Shown one piece after another: positions 19,909 to 28,330 of a stretch of DNA of 64,000 bases. Both the position numbers and the translations under genes were made by a program. The DNA is from a virus. The notes under the pieces were generated by a model. That model saw only the letters and a program-made list of their open reading frames with translations, had not been told where the DNA came from and searched no databases. The stretch is taken from positions 4,010 to 68,009 of the IMG/VR virus record IMGVR_UViG_3300048918_000175. One strand, written 5' to 3'. The first letter of the stretch is position 1; the number at the start of each line of letters is the position of its first letter.

Positions 19909-20121
19909 TCAGATTTCGTTTATGAGACGATCTGCCTGGGCGATCTGCTTCTTGGTCCCAGTCACAAAGATGCAGTCGTGACCGAGAAAGCATGACGTGT
20001 GTTTCCGCGCGTCGATCCCGAGGCGCTTGAGCATGGAGAGATAGCTCTTGTAACCCGGGCCGCCTTCTGCTTCGCGCAGAATGTGAAAGCCCTTCGTGTG
20101 GTGCGCGTGTCCTTTCGGCAT
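19909..20121 (-). CDS. Early hypothetical protein
   Basis: Start re-set to MPKGH with AAGGAG RBS. Confidence 0.55.
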   Translation of the reverse strand: MPKGHAHHTKGFHILREAEGGPGYKSYLSMLKRLGIDARKHTSCFLGHDCIFVTGTKKQIAQADRLINEI

Positions 20122-20122
20122 C

Positions 20123-20305
20123 TCAGTTCTCCTTTGGCACGTCGGGGCGAAAGAGCAAGATTCCGTCGCGTGTGTTCTCGTACCACGCTGGGGCAAGCTG
20201 ATGCCCCATGAAGGAGACATACTGCCCGACCCAGGAGGTCTCTGCGCGTGAGTACCAGACCTCGAGCCAAACTGTCTTTGTGACCTGAATCAGTTTCTTG
20301 TTCAT
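20123..20305 (-). CDS. Early hypothetical protein
   Basis: Start re-set to MNKKL after promoter copy 20334. Confidence 0.55.
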   Translation of the reverse strand: MNKKLIQVTKTVWLEVWYSRAETSWVGQYVSFMGHQLAPAWYENTRDGILLFRPDVPKEN

Positions 20306-20370
20306 TGTCGTGTCCGATTGAGTGTCATTGAACAAGATACACCGTTCACCTGACCGCGCAAGCCTGAGGT

Positions 20371-20616
20371 TTAACCCCACCAGGTGAGCGCCGATCCCAC
20401 GTGACCTGAGCAGACGCGGTACCACTCCTTCCGTACAGTGTCGTATCCCAGGACCTCGACCGCATCGTCCTTGGTCCACGTGGCGACTCGATTGAGGAAT
20501 GCCTTCGTGGGTTTCCGATCCTTGCGGGCCATCCAGACCAGCTCCCCGTTGATCTTCACGCGATGACCTTTCGCGGCGAGGAGCACGATCTGCGCCTGCA
20601 GTTTCGTGAGTGTCAT
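20371..20616 (-). CDS. Early hypothetical protein
   Basis: Coupled to the upstream ORF; stop lies within a cassette. Confidence 0.6.
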   Translation of the reverse strand: MTLTKLQAQIVLLAAKGHRVKINGELVWMARKDRKPTKAFLNRVATWTKDDAVEVLGYDTVRKEWYRVCSGHVGSALTWWG

Positions 20617-21095
20617 ACGCGCTTTCCGCAGACGGGGCCGATCCCACGTGCAATCGACTTCGCATCGGTCAGCGTCTTGCCGCAGACGATGCAGACACCG
20701 TACTGGATCCCGAAGGCCTGAGCCTGTGCGAGTGTGAGACGCATGCCTCGGGTCAGACGTTTGATCGCCCCCATTTCGTACACGAAAGTCCAGTGGACCA
20801 CCTTCCCATCTTCTGACAGACGATTGCCGCCGATTGGGGTCAGCTTCATCGCGTACAAGTTGCCCGTGGTCTTCGACTGCTGGACCTTGTAGACCTCGCC
20901 CGCGTCATCGCGGTAGATCCCAGTCTGGTCAGGCTTGTCGGGGTTCGCGGGCGTCGGCGCAGCGAGCAGCGACGAGATGAGTGCAGACGCTTCCGCCGTC
21001 GTCATGTTCTCGTTGGCGACGACCTCAACCTTCTTCTCAGCAGAGAGTCGGTCGATGAATGCGAGTTGCTTGTCGGATGCGATGTTCATGGTCAT
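20613..21095 (-). CDS. DUF6011-like zinc-finger protein
   Basis: CIVCGKTLTDAKSIARGIGPVC; N-terminal ASDKQLAFI motif. Confidence 0.75.
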   Translation of the reverse strand: MTMNIASDKQLAFIDRLSAEKKVEVVANENMTTAEASALISSLLAAPTPANPDKPDQTGIYRDDAGEVYKVQQSKTTGNLYAMKLTPIGGNRLSEDGKVVHWTFVYEMGAIKRLTRGMRLTLAQAQAFGIQYGVCIVCGKTLTDAKSIARGIGPVCGKRV

Positions 21096-21204
21096 GTCCG
21101 GTTTGAGTTGTCCCTCACTCTGAACAATCTACACCTTTCACCTTTGGACGCAAGCCCTCCGTGAGACGTGCGTGAACCTCATTCCGACCAGGTTCCGGCG
21201 GATT

Positions 21205-21304
21205 GTAAGTCGTTATGGGACAATGACCTACGAGACGAGGATCTGGAGCGCGTGTACTCGTATGCCTCGCGTCCAGATCCTCGGTCCTCGTGTCACTCAG
21301 GGAG
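21205..21304 (-). repeat. Dispersed ~100 bp non-coding element, copy 2 (inverted relative to 12971)
   Basis: See 12971; also contains a GAGGATCTGGA/TCCAGATCCTC hairpin. Confidence 0.75.
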
Positions 21305-21432
21305 CCCGTCAGGAAAGAGTTCTGCGCCGCAATTCGCGCAGTTTTCCTCCTCGATCGGATACCCCGCCTCCTCCTGTGCCTCCTGAGAGTCGTCAAGCTC
21401 CCAGAGTGCGCCGCATGTTCCGCATGTGACTG

Positions 21433-21786
21433 TCATCGTCCTGTCTCCAGGTACTTCACGATGCGAGCGCGTGCCTTCTCCCAGGACTTGTAGACCTTCT
21501 CGCGTGAGTTGATCGACACCTCGAATGCGTCTCCGAGCCGAATCTTCTCACCGGAGTTCACGAAGTCCGTAATGTCGAGACCGTCCCAGACCCGATCCGC
21601 CGTCCGCCGAGCGACGAACGCCTGCCGATGTGAAATCGTCTCACCTGCCGCCGATTCCTTGTCGCGTCGGATCCACATCTTCTCCTTCGGAGCGCCGAGT
21701 TTCTTGATCGCCCCGAGCGATGTCCTCGACTCCGATTGCCGCGTGCACGCGAAGTTCTCGCGCTCCACCTCGTAGATGATCTTCAT
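21433..21786 (-). CDS. Early hypothetical protein
   Basis: Follows promoter copy 21826. Confidence 0.6.
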   Translation of the reverse strand: MKIIYEVERENFACTRQSESRTSLGAIKKLGAPKEKMWIRRDKESAAGETISHRQAFVARRTADRVWDGLDITDFVNSGEKIRLGDAFEVSINSREKVYKSWEKARARIVKYLETGR

Positions 21787-21855
21787 GATCCTGTCCGGTT
21801 TAGGTTTGTCCTGCTCACCCAGTATAATCTACACCTGGGTGAGCAGAGCGCAAGC

Positions 21856-22125
21856 CTAGAGTTTGGTGATGAGTTGCGGGGCGACGCGCCACCGACGGCC
21901 GTCTGAGCAGTTGTCGAGGTGAATCGACTTCCGATTGACCTTGACGACAACGCCTTCGATCCGCTGTCCGCCCTTCGTGTGAAACGAGACGCGAGTCCCA
22001 GGACGGATTCCCACCGCCGCCTTCTGCGCCACCATGTCGAACGCTGTCCGAACCGCCTTGTTCACCTCTCTGAGGTCGTCGGCGTCCATTTCCATGATCG
22101 CCTTGAGCACGTCAGACGTCTTCAT
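21856..22125 (-). CDS. SH3/KOW-like small protein
   Basis: PGTRVSF...GVVVKVNRKS...WRV; GGAGG RBS. Confidence 0.65.
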   Translation of the reverse strand: MKTSDVLKAIMEMDADDLREVNKAVRTAFDMVAQKAAVGIRPGTRVSFHTKGGQRIEGVVVKVNRKSIHLDNCSDGRRWRVAPQLITKL

Positions 22126-22331
22126 ACGAGTGCCTCCAGAGTGTCGATTGTCGTGACCATCTGATCCGCCGCCCGATCGAGGTCATGTGCGAGATGATCG
22201 AACTTCTCCGCCTTAGCCGACTCCTCCAGGGAGCGGAGCTTGACGCGAATCATCCGAATCTGCATCGCGAGGTCATGCGCGCGATCCACGATGTGATTCC
22301 GATTCCGAAACCGCGTGACCGTGTCTGACAT
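22122..22331 (-). CDS. Early hypothetical protein
   Basis: Start re-set to MSDTV with GGAGG RBS. Confidence 0.55.
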   Translation of the reverse strand: MSDTVTRFRNRNHIVDRAHDLAMQIRMIRVKLRSLEESAKAEKFDHLAHDLDRAADQMVTTIDTLEALV

Positions 22332-22546
22332 TAGAAGGCCTCCAGAGCGAGAGAGTCGAGTTCCACCCATGCCTCGATGAGCGGAGCGAATGCGAGCAGA
22401 GCATCTTCCAGCGTCTGAGCGGAACCGAACACCGCCGCGATTTCGGCATCCGAGTAGCATTCAATCAGAACATCCCACCCGCCCTCCTCGTAATGAGCGC
22501 GAGCATGAGCCTTCACTTCCTCGACCAACTGAGCGCGTATTCCCAT
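22331..22546 (-). CDS. Early hypothetical protein
   Basis: Start re-set to MGIRA with GAGGA RBS. Confidence 0.6.
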   Translation of the reverse strand: MGIRAQLVEEVKAHARAHYEEGGWDVLIECYSDAEIAAVFGSAQTLEDALLAFAPLIEAWVELDSLALEAF

Positions 22547-22617
22547 CGTATCCTCTCTTGAGTGATTGTCCCTCACCCAGAAATCTACACCTCCTGGGTG
22601 AGGACGCAAGCCTGAGG

Positions 22618-22923
22618 TTACTTTCTTCCGTTCCTGAAGAGTTCCTGCACCCCGGGGATGTCAGTCAGTCGCTCGCCCCCAGGTGCAATCTGCTGCAAGA
22701 GCGCGTCAAGCTTCAGAATGTCACGACGAACGGCCCGATCCAAGGAGCGCGAGCGTTCACGCGACATACGACGATAATGCGCGGCCTCGGAATCGGACGC
22801 AGGCTGAATTCCCGCGATGCGCACGACAGCGCCGCCGTTCAACCTGACACGCTTGTTCGACAGCATCTCGACAACTTCAAACAGCTTCCGCCCGCCGACC
22901 TTCACGATTGATCCGACTTCCAT
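22618..22923 (-). CDS. Early hypothetical protein
   Basis: Start re-set to MEVGS after promoter copy 22968. Confidence 0.6.
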   Translation of the reverse strand: MEVGSIVKVGGRKLFEVVEMLSNKRVRLNGGAVVRIAGIQPASDSEAAHYRRMSRERSRSLDRAVRRDILKLDALLQQIAPGGERLTDIPGVQELFRNGRK

Positions 22924-23721
22924 TTTCTCATCTCCTGTGGGTGTCGTTTTCCCTCTCACTCCATGCAAATCTACACCAGAAGCAGGCAAAGTCAATCACT
23001 TTCCCTCTATAATGAAGCCTTCCTGATTCCGGTGCCTCCCAGGTTTACATAATAAGCAATATACGCACTTCCCGCGAAATAGGCATCGTAACTCGTTATA
23101 TTGCAACACTGTCCGAAGTTTACATAATATCATTTCGCCGAACCACCCGAGGACTCCGGAGTCCGGTTCCAGGTGGAAGGAAGTCCGCCGCTTCATTATA
23201 ACTCCGCGCGCCGATTCCTGTCAAGTCCGAAAATCCAAAATTCCGAAAATTCGATGACCCCTGCTCTGCTCCAAATTCCGGTTCCAGGTTTCTCGCCTCC
23301 CCTGCTCTAGACCTGGTGGTGGAGGTGTGAGTAGAGACATAGACATGCTCTCTCCGCCTCCTGGTTGGATACGTGTTCACTCAGACATAGGCGCCCGGGG
23401 AGATCACTACCTCCCCCGTCTAGGTTTCCCGGGGACCTGCGGGGTTATCTGAACGGATAGACCCGGTCATTTACGTGTTCATACAGACCGGTTTCGACGT
23501 GGGGTCATATGGATATTTACCCACGGCTCATACAAGACCTCTTCTGGTACATTCCTCAGGAAGGCTTATCACATGGCACGATATGGAAATACCCAGAGGG
23601 GCCGTGAACCGACGCTCTGGGTACCCATTACACAACATTTTCCTGTATCCCCGCGGAATACCTATTACACCCTGTACAGAGGGTTCCTACTACACCTCTG
23701 TACCTTTCCCTATCACAGATC

Positions 23722-23964
23722 CTAGAAGTCCCGCTTGGCCATCATGCGAAAGAGGTCCTCTGGGGGTGCCGTCTTGATGTTCAGGTCTACACCTTCCTCT
23801 GTGGTAATCGTCTGGGCCTTGACCCTAGCCAGTCTCTGTAGGTCCAGACGTTCCTCATCCATTTGTTGGGTTTCCTTGCGCTTACCGGAAACGGCCTTCG
23901 TGGTCTTCCGAATCAGGTTCTCAATTTCCTTGTCCGTCATGCCTCTCCTGGGTTGATCCTTCAT
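23722..23964 (-). CDS. Hypothetical protein
   Basis: Charged helical ORF. Confidence 0.5.
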   Translation of the reverse strand: MKDQPRRGMTDKEIENLIRKTTKAVSGKRKETQQMDEERLDLQRLARVKAQTITTEEGVDLNIKTAPPEDLFRMMAKRDF

Positions 23965-23970
23965 GGTCGT

Positions 23971-23977
23971 CTAAATA
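23971..23977 (+). promoter_or_regulatory. T4-like late promoter box
   Basis: CTAAATA 40 nt upstream of plus-strand ORF 24017. Confidence 0.45.
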
Positions 23978-24016
23978 GCTCAAGCGCGTTGTCCAATCCA
24001 AATACAAGACTTACTT

Positions 24017-24358
24017 ATGACGCCTACTGACGTGGTTTCAGTGCTGGATACGCTGTACGTCTCTCGCAAACGGATCGCGTTGATCCCTACGCGCTCCTCA
24101 GGGCTCCTGATGGTGTCCGACTCACTCGCTGTCTTGCTCTCCCGGAGATCGTTCTCTGAGCGTCTGTTTCGGCGTTCTGTGAACGTTGTCGTGCTCGGGA
24201 CCCTGAATACAGAACTTGTGGATCTTCTTGTCTCTGTTCGCGGAATTGCGGGGATTTACGTCACGGAGCGTGTTCCGTGGGGTCTTGCTGATCGTCTCAA
24301 GGGAGCGCGTGTTCCTCTTCACCGGCTCGTATGGTCACCTGGGTCATTGCTCCGTTAA
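24017..24358 (+). CDS. Hypothetical protein
   Basis: Plus-strand ORF after the CTAAATA box; no convincing opposite-strand gene. Confidence 0.5.
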   Translation: MTPTDVVSVLDTLYVSRKRIALIPTRSSGLLMVSDSLAVLLSRRSFSERLFRRSVNVVVLGTLNTELVDLLVSVRGIAGIYVTERVPWGLADRLKGARVPLHRLVWSPGSLLR

Positions 24359-24813
24359 GAGCGGTCTTTCAGAAGCCTGACCCGGGTACTGAGATTCTTG
24401 GGGTCTTCAAGTCCGAGGAGGGGGCCGCGGCCTACATTGCCTCCCTCACCGGAACCCGTGAGGTCTCCGACGGGCGGAAGACCGTGGCCTTCTCTGAACT
24501 CAGACGCGTCCTCATGCTTGGGGAACGCAATCCAAACGCGAAAGGACTTTCGCTCCCCCACCGGGAAAAGATTTCGCAGGCCCTCAAGCACGCTCGCCGA
24601 CGGGACCCAAACCCCTTCCTGAATCGGACCCATACCGGGTCCGCTAAGATGCGCATGGCCCTCTATCAATTGACTAGACCGAAGCGGCGTTGGATCCTTG
24701 GGCCGCAAGGTCAAGAGCGTCTTGCGCCGCTTGAAGAGCCAATTCCTCTTGGCTGGGTTCCTGGGCGGCGATCCTCGCGTCTTGGGCGAACGACACGTCA
24801 ATCAGTGTCATAA
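24331..24813 (+). CDS. Protein with NUMOD3-like DNA-binding motifs
   Basis: HREKISQALK and THTGSAKMRM segments. Confidence 0.45.
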   Translation: MVTWVIAPLRAVFQKPDPGTEILGVFKSEEGAAAYIASLTGTREVSDGRKTVAFSELRRVLMLGERNPNAKGLSLPHREKISQALKHARRRDPNPFLNRTHTGSAKMRMALYQLTRPKRRWILGPQGQERLAPLEEPIPLGWVPGRRSSRLGRTTRQSVS

Positions 24814-24982
24814 TCGTTGCGAGGCCCGAGGCAATCGTGAGGACAATCACGAGCGGAAGCCAGAATGGGGCAAAGACCCAGGCCCATGTGATTGTCGGAT
24901 ACGCCGTGAGCTTCGCGATGAGCAGAAGCCAAAAGACGATCATGTTGAGAATTGCAAACTTACCGGGAAGCGTGAGTTTCAT
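24674..24982 (-). CDS. Small membrane protein
   Basis: Two TM segments with TWAWVFAPFWLP; start re-set to MKLTL. Confidence 0.6.
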   Translation of the reverse strand: MKLTLPGKFAILNMIVFWLLLIAKLTAYPTITWAWVFAPFWLPLVIVLTIASGLATIMTLIDVSFAQDARIAAQEPSQEELALQAAQDALDLAAQGSNAASV

Positions 24983-25083
24983 TGTAGGTACCTGTCTCCT
25001 AGTGATTGGGGTTTCGTGGACGGTGCTGTGTTTCATCTTGCCCCGAAAGTGGACGGGGATCTCTTGCTTGTCACCCCGGTAGG

Positions 25084-25443
25084 TCATTCACCGCGCTCGA
25101 CCCCGAGGTCCTTGAGCAGTTTCCGCACTGGGACACGCGACCCGTAGTCGAGGCCGAGGATGACGCGAAGATCCTGAACGGCGTTGTCAATCACCGTATA
25201 GTGGAGTCCTGGTACAAGCGGCTCCGCGTCGATCCGATTATAGAACGAACCATCGGCAGAACTGTACATTTCATTCCGCCCCTCGGGGCCATAGAGGCCG
25301 ATATCACCCGCGATGCCGTATAAGCAGCACGGAACGGGGCCCTCTGCTGTGTACCATAAGAGTCTACCCGAACCTACGCCACCGAGTTCGTCTGCGCGGG
25401 CAACGATTCCGTCGAACTTCGCGGCTTCAAGTGTCTGTGTCAT
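25084..25443 (-). CDS. Hypothetical protein
   Basis: Operonic ORF. Confidence 0.55.
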   Translation of the reverse strand: MTQTLEAAKFDGIVARADELGGVGSGRLLWYTAEGPVPCCLYGIAGDIGLYGPEGRNEMYSSADGSFYNRIDAEPLVPGLHYTVIDNAVQDLRVILGLDYGSRVPVRKLLKDLGVERGE

Positions 25444-25917
25444 TGGTGTGTCGAAGGCTCCAAGAAATGGTTGATGAGCGCATGAACGTCCTTGTCCAGA
25501 TCACCCGAGTCGAAACCGAGCGCGTCTAGTCTCTCACGTATAGTAACGGGCTCGACCTTGTTCCGCGAGCCTTCGGTTGTCCGTTTTCTCGGAATAATGC
25601 CGCATGTGCATGTTCCGCCATAATGGCCCGAACAGTTTTTCGGATGGGATTCGCGTGTTGAGTCAATCATCGGATAAAGGGATTAATGCCTTTTCGGAAA
25701 GGTGCCCGGGTGCTCCGTCCGTTCCACATTGCAGACGCAACGGCGTGCGCATCATTCAGGGAGAGTTCTGAGAGAATCTGAAGCATTTCGCCTCGCGTTA
25801 CCGGCTCATTGAGATAATACGCGCGGAGGTCTGCTTTCCTCGTTGCCTCAAGGGCCTCGGCGTGGGCCCTCGCGGACTTCTGTCCAATGAAGTCGAGGAC
25901 CTCTTCGTCATCACGAA

Positions 25918-26265
25918 TCATGCGTGGCCTCTGCAGGTTGGTGCCGTCGCTTCTTTGCGACATGTGGAGCAAGTAGGCGGGCCGAACATCGTGCAGCAGG
26001 GGAATTGGTGATCACCCCAGATGCAGTGGGTGAGCAGCATGTACCACCAATTCAACTCACGTCTCCAGCGCGGGACCTTCGGGGCGAACCTGACAGTGAA
26101 CGCCAATCCAGTCTCAACTGACATGGGCTGGACTGAACAGATATCCGCCGCAAAGAGATTCGGCATTGCACGCCTCGCGAGATTCACGAGGAGCGGGTCA
26201 TACGTCTCCGGCGGAGAGGGTGGATCGGGAAAGCACGTCGCCTCGATCAGGTATGGGCGAATCAT
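25918..26265 (-). CDS. Small protein containing a major capsid (gp23) Gol-peptide-like segment
   Basis: DPLLVNLARRAMPNLFAADICSVQPMSVETGLAF; start re-set to MIRPY. Confidence 0.65.
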   Translation of the reverse strand: MIRPYLIEATCFPDPPSPPETYDPLLVNLARRAMPNLFAADICSVQPMSVETGLAFTVRFAPKVPRWRRELNWWYMLLTHCIWGDHQFPCCTMFGPPTCSTCRKEATAPTCRGHA

Positions 26266-26446
26266 GGTCTCTTGCGCATCTTCGGTGCCGGATACCCACG
26301 GAACTTGCGGTATCCCGAGGCCTTCGTGTGGACAACGAGGGCACACTTTGAACAGACATGGACAGAGTTCTTCTTGATCCCCGCGTACGGTCCGGGAAAG
26401 TGGTGCTTGCAGGCTTTCTGCTTTGCTTCCCGTTCATTCATCTTGG

Positions 26447-26770
26447 CTACGTCTGAATACATTCCGCATTCTCCCATTCTGATTTTCCTAGACCACACTT
26501 GAAACAAGTGCCCGCGCCTTCGTACCTCTGGTGCATCTGTTTTAGTTTGCCGAGGGGCGGCGCGGGCACATAGTCAGGATTCTTCTCGGCGAACACCTCG
26601 TCCAGCAGATTGTCAAGTACCTTTCGGCACTGAGCCTTCGCGGCCGTCGCGCGGTCGATATCGTGCTCCCTCCAGCCAGGAGCCTGATAGTCCGAATAGG
26701 CTTTCGTCAACCGCGCCTGTGCGGCAGCGTAATTGCTGATGGCCGCTTCCAGTTTAGCGCGTGTGACCAT
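26447..26770 (-). CDS. Hypothetical protein
   Basis: Operonic ORF. Confidence 0.55.
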   Translation of the reverse strand: MVTRAKLEAAISNYAAAQARLTKAYSDYQAPGWREHDIDRATAAKAQCRKVLDNLLDEVFAEKNPDYVPAPPLGKLKQMHQRYEGAGTCFKCGLGKSEWENAECIQT

Positions 26771-26981
26771 TCAATGCTCGGAAGATTGAATCGTTGATGC
26801 GGTCTGTTTCTCGGTTGTACTTTTCCCAATACACCCGCTTTTCTTCGTTGCGGATGTACTCCTTTCGCGCGCGGCACACAGGATCCCTTTCACACATATC
26901 CGCTTTATAGACAAGAACCCAGAGGGCAATAATGATCGCGCCGAGTACAAAGCAAGAGATTTTCGCAAGTTTCTCACTCAT
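26754..26981 (-). CDS. Membrane-anchored hypothetical protein
   Basis: N-terminal TM helix. Confidence 0.5.
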   Translation of the reverse strand: MSEKLAKISCFVLGAIIIALWVLVYKADMCERDPVCRARKEYIRNEEKRVYWEKYNRETDRINDSIFRALNGHTR

Positions 26982-27166
26982 AGCTCACCCGTCTCTTGGA
27001 TGTTGTAAATGTCGTGAATCCAGATACGCCCATGCGAGTCGTGATGCTCCCAGTCGATCACCTTCCCGAGGCGACGTTCAAAGAAGTCCTGGGCTTCATA
27101 GAGCGTGTGCTTGTAACCCAGGACTTCCTCGCGATACATGAGGACGTAGATGGACGGATTCATGGT

Positions 27167-27646
27167 CTAGAAGAACCCGTAGCCCGAGTTCGGATAGCGA
27201 TAGGTCGGCCAGTACGATGTGGGGTTCTTGGCCCGCGCCGCATCGTGCTTCTTCTGTTCACGCTCGCGCCGCTTGTCCTCAGCCTCACGCTTCCGCTTCT
27301 CTGCGCGCTGCTTGGGCGACAGGTCGAATTCCTCAACGAAATTACCGATTGAGTCGCCTGCGTCGATTGAATCCGACGCGACACCGAAGGCATGATGAAT
27401 CTCATACTCAATCAGCGATCCATCCACCGTCGTCACGCCGCATTCCTTGAGGGCGCGAGCAACGGGGCAGTTGCACGCTTTACCCTGCTCGCCTCGTGGG
27501 AGTTCCTTCAGTGCTGGGAGCTTTGCCTTCTTGCGAAGTTCGTTGACCTTCTTGAGTGCAGCGCGATAGATCGGCGCAGGCACCGTCGTCTTGGGATCAA
27601 CCAACTTCACTTTCTTCTTGGCCATGATGAATCTCCTTGTTATCAA
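27167..27646 (-). CDS. Hypothetical protein
   Basis: CNCPVARAL motif; AAGGAG RBS before MAKKK. Confidence 0.6.
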   Translation of the reverse strand: MITRRFIMAKKKVKLVDPKTTVPAPIYRAALKKVNELRKKAKLPALKELPRGEQGKACNCPVARALKECGVTTVDGSLIEYEIHHAFGVASDSIDAGDSIGNFVEEFDLSPKQRAEKRKREAEDKRREREQKKHDAARAKNPTSYWPTYRYPNSGYGFF

Positions 27647-27861
27647 CTGAATTGGTACGGTGATACACGGATGTAGCAGAAGGTCGTGTCCTCATCTCCC
27701 ACAACAGCCCAGGCACGTGACACCACGATGTAAGGCTCGCCACGAATGTTGATTAGCTCGCCGCTAGCAGGAGCTTGTGCCATAAAGAAGAATCCGAGAA
27801 GTTTGTCGGTCTCCTCTTTATGCGATGTAACAAGATGAAAACGTACCTTGAGCTTTGTCAT
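27643..27861 (-). CDS. Hypothetical protein, probably leaderless
   Basis: ATG lies 7 nt after the -10 box of TTGACC-17-TAGATT (27868-27896). Confidence 0.55.
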   Translation of the reverse strand: MTKLKVRFHLVTSHKEETDKLLGFFFMAQAPASGELINIRGEPYIVVSRAWAVVGDEDTTFCYIRVSPYQFS

Positions 27862-27956
27862 GCTTGTAATCTACAAGGATCGAGGACTAAGGTCAAGGCG
27901 GGTTGAGTCCGTTTGTGAACTCAACCCGTCCGTTTCAGAATCCGATTTCCATTGCG

Positions 27957-28151
27957 TTATCCCAATAGCACTTCTGCACGCTCGCGCAGTCGTCGGATGT
28001 GATCTTCACGACAGACTTCGACGTAATTGAAATTGGCGTCGGTATGCAGAATGTATTCCTTGCCATCAACGACGCGAACGGTTTCGGCTTGGAGGGCGTT
28101 TTCGATGAGCCGATCCCGCGTTTCGATGAGCGATTGTTCTCTGACGGACAT
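27957..28151 (-). CDS. Hypothetical protein
   Basis: GAGGAG RBS. Confidence 0.55.
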   Translation of the reverse strand: MSVREQSLIETRDRLIENALQAETVRVVDGKEYILHTDANFNYVEVCREDHIRRLRERAEVLLG

Positions 28152-28190
28152 TAGATGATCTCCTCTATGTGTTCGGTGTTCAGATACTTA

Positions 28191-28330
28191 GTTGCCTGAT
28201 CCTTCGACCAACGACGCACTGTCCACAAAGACCTGAACAGGTGCCAGAGAGGCTCCTCACGAAGGAATTTGCAAACGATCCGGCAATCGTGAATTGATTC
28301 AGGTGTAGTCGTGCGACCGAAGATAGCCAC
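28191..28330 (-). ncRNA. Candidate rod-shaped structured RNA
   Basis: Nested complementary blocks TTCGGTCG/TGGTCGAA, ACGAC/GTCGT, ACCTGAAT/GTTCAGGT, TGCCGGA/TCTGGCA. Confidence 0.45.

Larger units (their letters stand above)
10499..22995 (-). promoter_or_regulatory. Array of 23 conserved early sigma70-type promoter cassettes: (AACCTCRGGC)TTGCGY-N12-GGTG-(C)TAGATT
   Basis: Leftmost base of each -10 box: 10499, 11001, 11407, 11880, 12199, 12669, 12931, 13521, 14019, 14443, 15229, 15636, 16301, 16734, 17164, 17521, 18729, 19871, 20334, 21126, 21826, 22582, 22968. The gap between -35 and GGTG is 12 nt in every copy, and each copy precedes an ORF. Confidence 0.85.

Noticed and set aside
11030-22620. 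Integron attC cassette array (stop codons in TAAC, GTTRRRY-like ends)
   Set aside because: No paired R''/R' boxes with the attC hairpin and no integron integrase in the window; the promoter reading fits better.
10499-22995. CRISPR array interpretation of the recurring motif
   Set aside because: Copies are degenerate, hundreds of bp apart and separated by whole genes; no cas genes; the -35/-10 architecture explains them.
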